Below are positions 35,819-39,990 of a stretch of DNA of 39,990 bases, piece after piece. The stretch lies in IMG/VR virus record IMGVR_UViG_641736163_000010. One strand, given 5' to 3'. The stretch is from a virus. Its lineage: Duplodnaviria > Heunggongvirae > Uroviricota > Caudoviricetes. Within the stretch, counting starts at the first letter, position 1, and each line of letters opens with the position of its first letter. A program made the position numbers and the translations under genes. The notes beneath the pieces are model-generated. The model ran no database searches, was not told where the DNA came from, and saw only the letters and a list, made by a program, of their open reading frames with translations.

Positions 35819-36865
35819 TTACCCAAGCACGCCAGTTGCAAAGGCGTGATCAAGAAAACGAAAAATTAAATCAACCTGAGAACCATGCTTTTCTTCGAAC
35901 GCCAGAGGATCCGCATGAAGCTCGTTGTGATGCTCCCGACACAGCGGTAGCGTGAAAATATCGTGAGATTTTGTCCCCATTCCGCCCTGACCATGACCAA
36001 TCAGGTGATGGGGATCGTCGGCTGGCTTACCACAACACGCACACGGCTGTGTCTTCACCCAGCGTGTGTATTTCTCGTTAACCCAGCGGCGACGTTTAGG
36101 TCGTTTCATGAAAGATTCCGGAGACTCAGGATCAACGGCAATGCTGACCACCGTCTCTTCCTGTGGCGGGTTTTGCTGGTGGACGTGAGGCAGCGGCGCA
36201 AGATTTTTTGTGCGCTGCTTCAGTATGCTGGTGGCGGTCTGCTCTCCCGGTACGATGTCGCTTTCACGGTACATTGAGCGGATTTTTTCCGCACGCAACC
36301 CCAGCGAACGACGTAATACCGCTTCCGGTAGCGCGTCCGCCACCTGATTGCGGACCGCCCACCAGGATAATTCAGCCAGCGATAATTCCCGTTCCTGCGA
36401 GCCATTCATTGCATGGCGTATGACGTCAATCATCCATGCAGACAGGTTTTGGTGAGCAAGTTGCCCGAGTGATTCGGAGGTCTGGTCGCGCAGCTGGTTG
36501 TCGCAGTGCCAGCACAACACCATTGCGCCGGTACCATAACGGTGAATGACGGTTTCACTGTGGTGATAATCGCCGTGTGGCCACTGGCAGGATTTAACAT
36601 GGCGCAGTAACCAATCAGACAATGCGCCAGCGCCACCAGCAGCACGAATCACTCGTTCGTCGCTGAAAAATGGCAGTAATGATTTATCCTCCGCCAGCGG
36701 CTGGCGAACGGCAGGAACGACCCCGGACGGCAGATTACGCATGCTTTTCGGTTCCGGCTCCACCAGTACCCGGGTATTGTGGAATACCGGCATGGATTCA
36801 CGGCCCGGCTTAACGATCACCAGCCCGAGTTCCGGTACCAGAACAGGTCGAAGTAATACCCGCAC
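35819..36865 (-). CDS. DUF968/YdfU-like prophage protein with C-terminal HNH-like zinc motif
   Basis: 348 aa; C-terminal ...CACCGKPADDPHHLIGHGQGGMGTKSHDIFTLPLCREHHNELH; same size and position as ydfU next to quuQ in the Qin prophage; apparent GTG start with GGAGG SD. Confidence 0.65.
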   Translation of the reverse strand: MRVLLRPVLVPELGLVIVKPGRESMPVFHNTRVLVEPEPKSMRNLPSGVVPAVRQPLAEDKSLLPFFSDERVIRAAGGAGALSDWLLRHVKSCQWPHGDYHHSETVIHRYGTGAMVLCWHCDNQLRDQTSESLGQLAHQNLSAWMIDVIRHAMNGSQERELSLAELSWWAVRNQVADALPEAVLRRSLGLRAEKIRSMYRESDIVPGEQTATSILKQRTKNLAPLPHVHQQNPPQEETVVSIAVDPESPESFMKRPKRRRWVNEKYTRWVKTQPCACCGKPADDPHHLIGHGQGGMGTKSHDIFTLPLCREHHNELHADPLAFEEKHGSQVDLIFRFLDHAFATGVLG

Positions 36866-36866
36866 G

Positions 36867-37151
36867 TTACCTCCAGATGCGTTGCTGGAATGTGCGGGAC
36901 GGACGCGGTGGGCGTTCGGAATAAGGGAGTCTGACGTAGATTATCCAGTGACGATAATCGAGGGTGAGGGCTTTCCTAAACTCATATCCACGTCTGCGGT
37001 AGTTATGAATCAGCCATTCGGCCTGTTCTTCAGTACAGGGATCGTGCTGATACCAGTCATATTTGAATGCGTGAGAACGCCACCCGTGCCTGCTGGCAAA
37101 GGCAGAATCAGAATTGCGAAATTTGAAATTATGCGCCATTGTCATCTCCAA
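36867..37151 (-). CDS. Small hypothetical protein (probable start at internal ATG ~37139)
   Basis: ORF translationally coupled to the DUF968 gene (stop 1 nt before its start); GGAG 6 nt before the third Met codon. Confidence 0.45.
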   Translation of the reverse strand: MEMTMAHNFKFRNSDSAFASRHGWRSHAFKYDWYQHDPCTEEQAEWLIHNYRRRGYEFRKALTLDYRHWIIYVRLPYSERPPRPSRTFQQRIWR

Positions 37152-37198
37152 TGGCGCTGCAGGTTGCCAGTTGTTCAGGCTGGCTCACGTATTATAAC

Positions 37199-37420
37199 TT
37201 ATTCCCGAACTACCTTGAAACCGAGTCTTTCCAAGTATTCAATGAATGCCTCAACAGATAACACTACATGATCATCAGGAATTAACGCTGTGTAGGTAAT
37301 ACCCCCATTCTCAACGCGCACAGCATAGAGGCCATCTTCACTAAAAATTTCACGTAATTCTTCGATTTTCATCAACAGAATCCTTCCAGATAAATAGCAC
37401 TCCCCCTGTTCGGGGTCCAT
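37199..37420 (-). CDS. Small hypothetical protein (73 aa; alternative 57-aa start at ~37372)
   Basis: Both candidate ATGs have purine-rich SD; no family recognised. Confidence 0.4.
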   Translation of the reverse strand: MDPEQGECYLSGRILLMKIEELREIFSEDGLYAVRVENGGITYTALIPDDHVVLSVEAFIEYLERLGFKVVRE

Positions 37421-37455
37421 CCCTCTTCTCCCTGCGCGCTACTTAAGTATTTTTG

Positions 37456-37485
37456 ATTCTATTCTGGCACCGTCCAAAACTTCAA
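37456..37485 (-). promoter_or_regulatory. Candidate promoter (TTGAAG-18 bp-TAGAAT) driving the small ORFs/DUF968/rusA/Q block
   Basis: Hexamers read from sequence. Confidence 0.3.
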
Positions 37486-37496
37486 ACACGTTGAAA

Positions 37497-37525
37497 ATAA
37501 AAACAAAAAACCCGCCGAAGCGGGT
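37497..37525 (-). terminator. Strong rho-independent terminator after the HTH-ImmA gene
   Basis: Minus strand ACCCGC-ttcg-GCGGGT followed by TTTTTTGTTTTTATTTT. Confidence 0.65.
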
Positions 37526-37529
37526 ATAC

Positions 37530-38636
37530 TCAAACAATCTGGAAAATATTTCTTGGATTTGTAATAGGTCTGTTGATGGAGAACAACTCACGAATTAAAT
37601 CTTGGCTCAAGCCAGTTTTCATAAGAATTCTTAGCCAGGTTGCATCATCCAGCATTTCAATCGCCTCGGCCAGCATGCCGGGTTCTTCAGGGCGCAAAAG
37701 TTCATCACCAGGTTCAACTCTCGTATACCCTCTGGAATTAAGATGCATATAGCCAGTTCTTGCCTGTTCCTGGGTCAATAAGCCTAATGCGCTGGCTCGA
37801 TAAATACACATTTTAAGGCTGATTTTCCATCTAAGTTTAAATTCAACCAGAGCATTCCAGTCGAATTGCTTACCTCGTATTCGTGGAAATTCTTTAATGA
37901 AAGATAACCTGGGAACTAATAAGGCGCTCGAAAAGTGATCGGCTTGTGATTCCGTAAGTTTATCACCTGTCGTTATGCCCTCATGCATTACTAAATGCCC
38001 TAATTCATGACCTAAATCAGAGCGAAATCTACATATGCTTTTTTTAACATTGTTCCTGATGATAACAGGCCTGTTATTGTGAACAGTAAAAGCATCAACA
38101 CGATCATCGACTCCCGTAACATGCGCAACGATTACCCCTAAACTCTCCGCCAATTTAACCATTGATGATATAGGGCCAAGACCTAAATTCCAGGCACGGC
38201 GACAATCTTCTGCCACTCGCTCAATATCATTCGGAGTAAGTAATTCAGCCCCTGGGTGCTCCGGTATGTTAACGTCAGGAAATTCGATTTCACCTTCAAC
38301 AGCAGAAATTATAATATTAAGAATCTCAGCCCTGGCCAATACACTATTAGTCAGCGTTTGAGTCCTGGACTTCTTACTCCGAAAATGGCAGACATCACTT
38401 TCCAGAGCGTATTTTCGTTCAGTAAAAAGAAAACTGGACTTAATCATAAGCGCTGAAGATATTAACTCAAGACATTGCTCCGATGGCCTGCACCCCTTCT
38501 CCAGTTTGCTAACGAATTGCTTTGTCTTGCCAATTTTTTCGGCTAACTCTTCACAAGAAAGCCCAACAGCCATTCTCGCTAGTTTGAGCTTATCACCCCG
38601 ATACTCAGTGAAGTTATTCACCTGATGTTCCATCAC
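37530..38636 (-). CDS. Fused XRE-family HTH / ImmA-IrrE (COG2856, M78) zinc metallopeptidase
   Basis: N-terminal HTH (LKLARMAVGLSCEELAEKIGKTKQFVSKLEKG); central HExxH (RSDLGHELGHLVMHEG); ~130-aa C-terminal extension; start overlaps the upstream gene by ~20 nt. Confidence 0.85.
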   Translation of the reverse strand: MMEHQVNNFTEYRGDKLKLARMAVGLSCEELAEKIGKTKQFVSKLEKGCRPSEQCLELISSALMIKSSFLFTERKYALESDVCHFRSKKSRTQTLTNSVLARAEILNIIISAVEGEIEFPDVNIPEHPGAELLTPNDIERVAEDCRRAWNLGLGPISSMVKLAESLGVIVAHVTGVDDRVDAFTVHNNRPVIIRNNVKKSICRFRSDLGHELGHLVMHEGITTGDKLTESQADHFSSALLVPRLSFIKEFPRIRGKQFDWNALVEFKLRWKISLKMCIYRASALGLLTQEQARTGYMHLNSRGYTRVEPGDELLRPEEPGMLAEAIEMLDDATWLRILMKTGLSQDLIRELFSINRPITNPRNIFQIV

Positions 38637-39264
38637 TGCTCACATCCAAATCTTTATCCTTCGTACGCCGACGAAGAGGCACCTTATTAATCTCCGCTTC
38701 GTCAGGGAGTGTGTTATAATCAAGAGGCATAAGCGGCATCGATGCTGTAGATTGATGAGAAACTATACTAATCTGAGCACCATAAGTATTAAATCCAACA
38801 AGAGCTACCTCCCAACGAGGCAGTGTGGACTCTAATTCACCATCGCCCTCTTCGGATAAAAAAGGCTCAGCTATGACTCGCCATGTAATATCTTGCTCAG
38901 CCTCAACATCACCAAACAATGAGAGCTGCTCATACTCTACTTTATTTCGACGCAGACGATGTTTCTTTTTGGGGTTATTAATGCAATCTTTGGTAAATTG
39001 TAGCGGAACTTTATTTAAAGCAACTACATAGTCCAACCCCTTGGAAATCATCTCAAGGCCAGGAATTGCATCTTCATTTTGAATAAGATGATTTCTGACC
39101 CAATCATAAGCCCTTACACCTTCAGACCAGTTGCTGTCTAATGCGTGCTTATGATAGTACAGCTGCTCAAGTACGTTAGCGATCTCCGCCAACAAGTGGC
39201 GAACATAGTTTTCAGCAAGATAAGGTTGAAATTCCCAACAAGGAGCTAACTGATTTTCATTCAT
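38614..39264 (-). CDS. Hypothetical 216-aa protein, first gene of the operon with the HTH-ImmA gene (no recognisable domain)
   Basis: ATG-initiated ORF, AT-rich; acidic C-terminal tail; translationally coupled to the downstream HTH-ImmA gene. Confidence 0.7.
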   Translation of the reverse strand: MNENQLAPCWEFQPYLAENYVRHLLAEIANVLEQLYYHKHALDSNWSEGVRAYDWVRNHLIQNEDAIPGLEMISKGLDYVVALNKVPLQFTKDCINNPKKKHRLRRNKVEYEQLSLFGDVEAEQDITWRVIAEPFLSEEGDGELESTLPRWEVALVGFNTYGAQISIVSHQSTASMPLMPLDYNTLPDEAEINKVPLRRRTKDKDLDVSSDGTSGE

Positions 39265-39324
39265 TTCAAGTTTCGCTTTTTTTAGAATTCGTAAACCACA
39301 TATTTTCGCATTTTTCTATTTTTG

Positions 39325-39990
39325 TCAACAAGATGTATGGGTCCACCACATATTGCAATTTTTATTCTCTTTTAAAATATATTCCACGGGCGTCATTAGT
39401 GCGAGCGCCTTGTGGGGTCTTTTGCTGTTATACAGCACCAGATATTCCGCCAGCTTCTGGTTAAATAGCGCCAGATCTTCAAAGAGTAAAATCTCATTAA
39501 ATTCAATAAACTGCTCTCTTAACGTCCGGTTAAAACGTTCACAGATAGCGTTCATTTTTGGCGTGTAGGGATAGGTCCAGAGGTGTTTGATAGCGGCTTC
39601 CTGCAGCGTTTTGTCGAAGTTTCCCAGGAACTCTTTTCCATTATCTGTGATTATCTGGCTGATACCGACCGGGAACAACCGGGCTGCGCGGCTGAAGAAG
39701 TGATTGACGATATCACTGTTGAGTGACGGCACAGCCAGCGCCAGCGCGTAATTGCTGCATTCGTCGATCATGGTGATGACATAGCGACGCAGTTCGCCCA
39801 TTCTGAGCTCAATGGCGTCCATCCCAATGAGCTCACCTGTCTTTACCGGGCGGGAGTGCTTTGGCCTGCGGGGTTTGGCAGACCGCTTTTTGACAAGCAG
39901 TGCCTTCCCCCGCGATCCCAGACGCACAGGTATCATCCGCATTTTATCATGTGCGGCAGCGATCATTCTGCCGATGGTGGAAACACTCGG
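39325..39990 (-). mobile_element. IS element transposase, DDE/rve integrase-core type (IS481-family-like), truncated by the window edge
   Basis: ...QIITDNGKEFLG...YTPKMNAICERFNRTLREQ...YNSKRPHKALALMTPVEY are hallmark integrase-core motifs; reading frame stays open upstream to position 39990. Confidence 0.7.

Larger units (their letters stand above)
1..39990. mobile_element. lambdoid (lambda-like) prophage segment: late regulatory, lysis, head and tail genes, inverted relative to the plus strand
   Basis: Collinear run of ORFs whose translations match lambda Nu1, A, W, B, C, D, E, FI, FII, Z, U, V, G, T, H, M, L, K, I, J, Lom, Stf, Tfa, a lambda-type cos sequence, and a phage-21-type lysis cassette. 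Confidence 0.95.

Noticed and set aside
1-39990. CRISPR arrays or integrase/attachment site
   Set aside because: No regularly spaced short direct repeats were seen; no tyrosine or serine recombinase ORF is present in the window, so the prophage ends presumably lie outside it.

Overview
This window is most of the late/structural arm of a lambda-like (lambdoid) prophage of an enterobacterium (E. coli/Shigella type), with nearly all phage genes on the minus strand. Gene identities come from direct comparison of the ORF translations with lambda and phage-21 proteins as I remember them; no database search was run. Non-ORF coordinates (hairpins, promoters, repeats) were read by eye and may be off by 1-2 nt. 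Order from high to low coordinate: IS481-like transposase fragment (runs off the window); an AT-rich two-gene operon (unknown 216-aa protein + fused XRE-HTH/ImmA metallopeptidase) ending in a strong terminator; two small ORFs; DUF968/YdfU-like protein; RusA; a Q-like antiterminator followed by pR'/tR'-like signals; an orphan DNA methyltransferase; three tRNA genes (Ile2-CAU, Arg-UCG, a degenerate Arg-UCU); a ~1.4 kb AT-rich slot, where Stx phages carry stx, holding an orphan plus-strand ORF and two diverged copies of a ~190-bp hairpin-bearing element; nanS-p esterase; pinholin S, YdfR-like protein, SAR endolysin R, Rz/Rz1; an AT-rich convergent two-gene cassette (355 aa + 206 aa with a PD-(D/E)xK-like motif) in the bor-equivalent slot; cos; Nu1-A-W-B-C(Nu3)-D-E-FI-FII-Z-U-V-G/G-T-H-M-L-K-I; a ~340-bp I-J intergenic insert with promoter and terminator signals; J-lom-stf-tfa; and a SAM-methyltransferase moron flanked by ~220-bp direct repeats plus a second tfa remnant. 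The two strongest candidates for an undescribed system are the convergent cassette at 25604-27233 and the unknown-protein/HTH-ImmA operon at 37530-39264. The large terminase N-terminus is encoded out of frame with the rest of the gene. No stx genes, integrase or CRISPR array are present.
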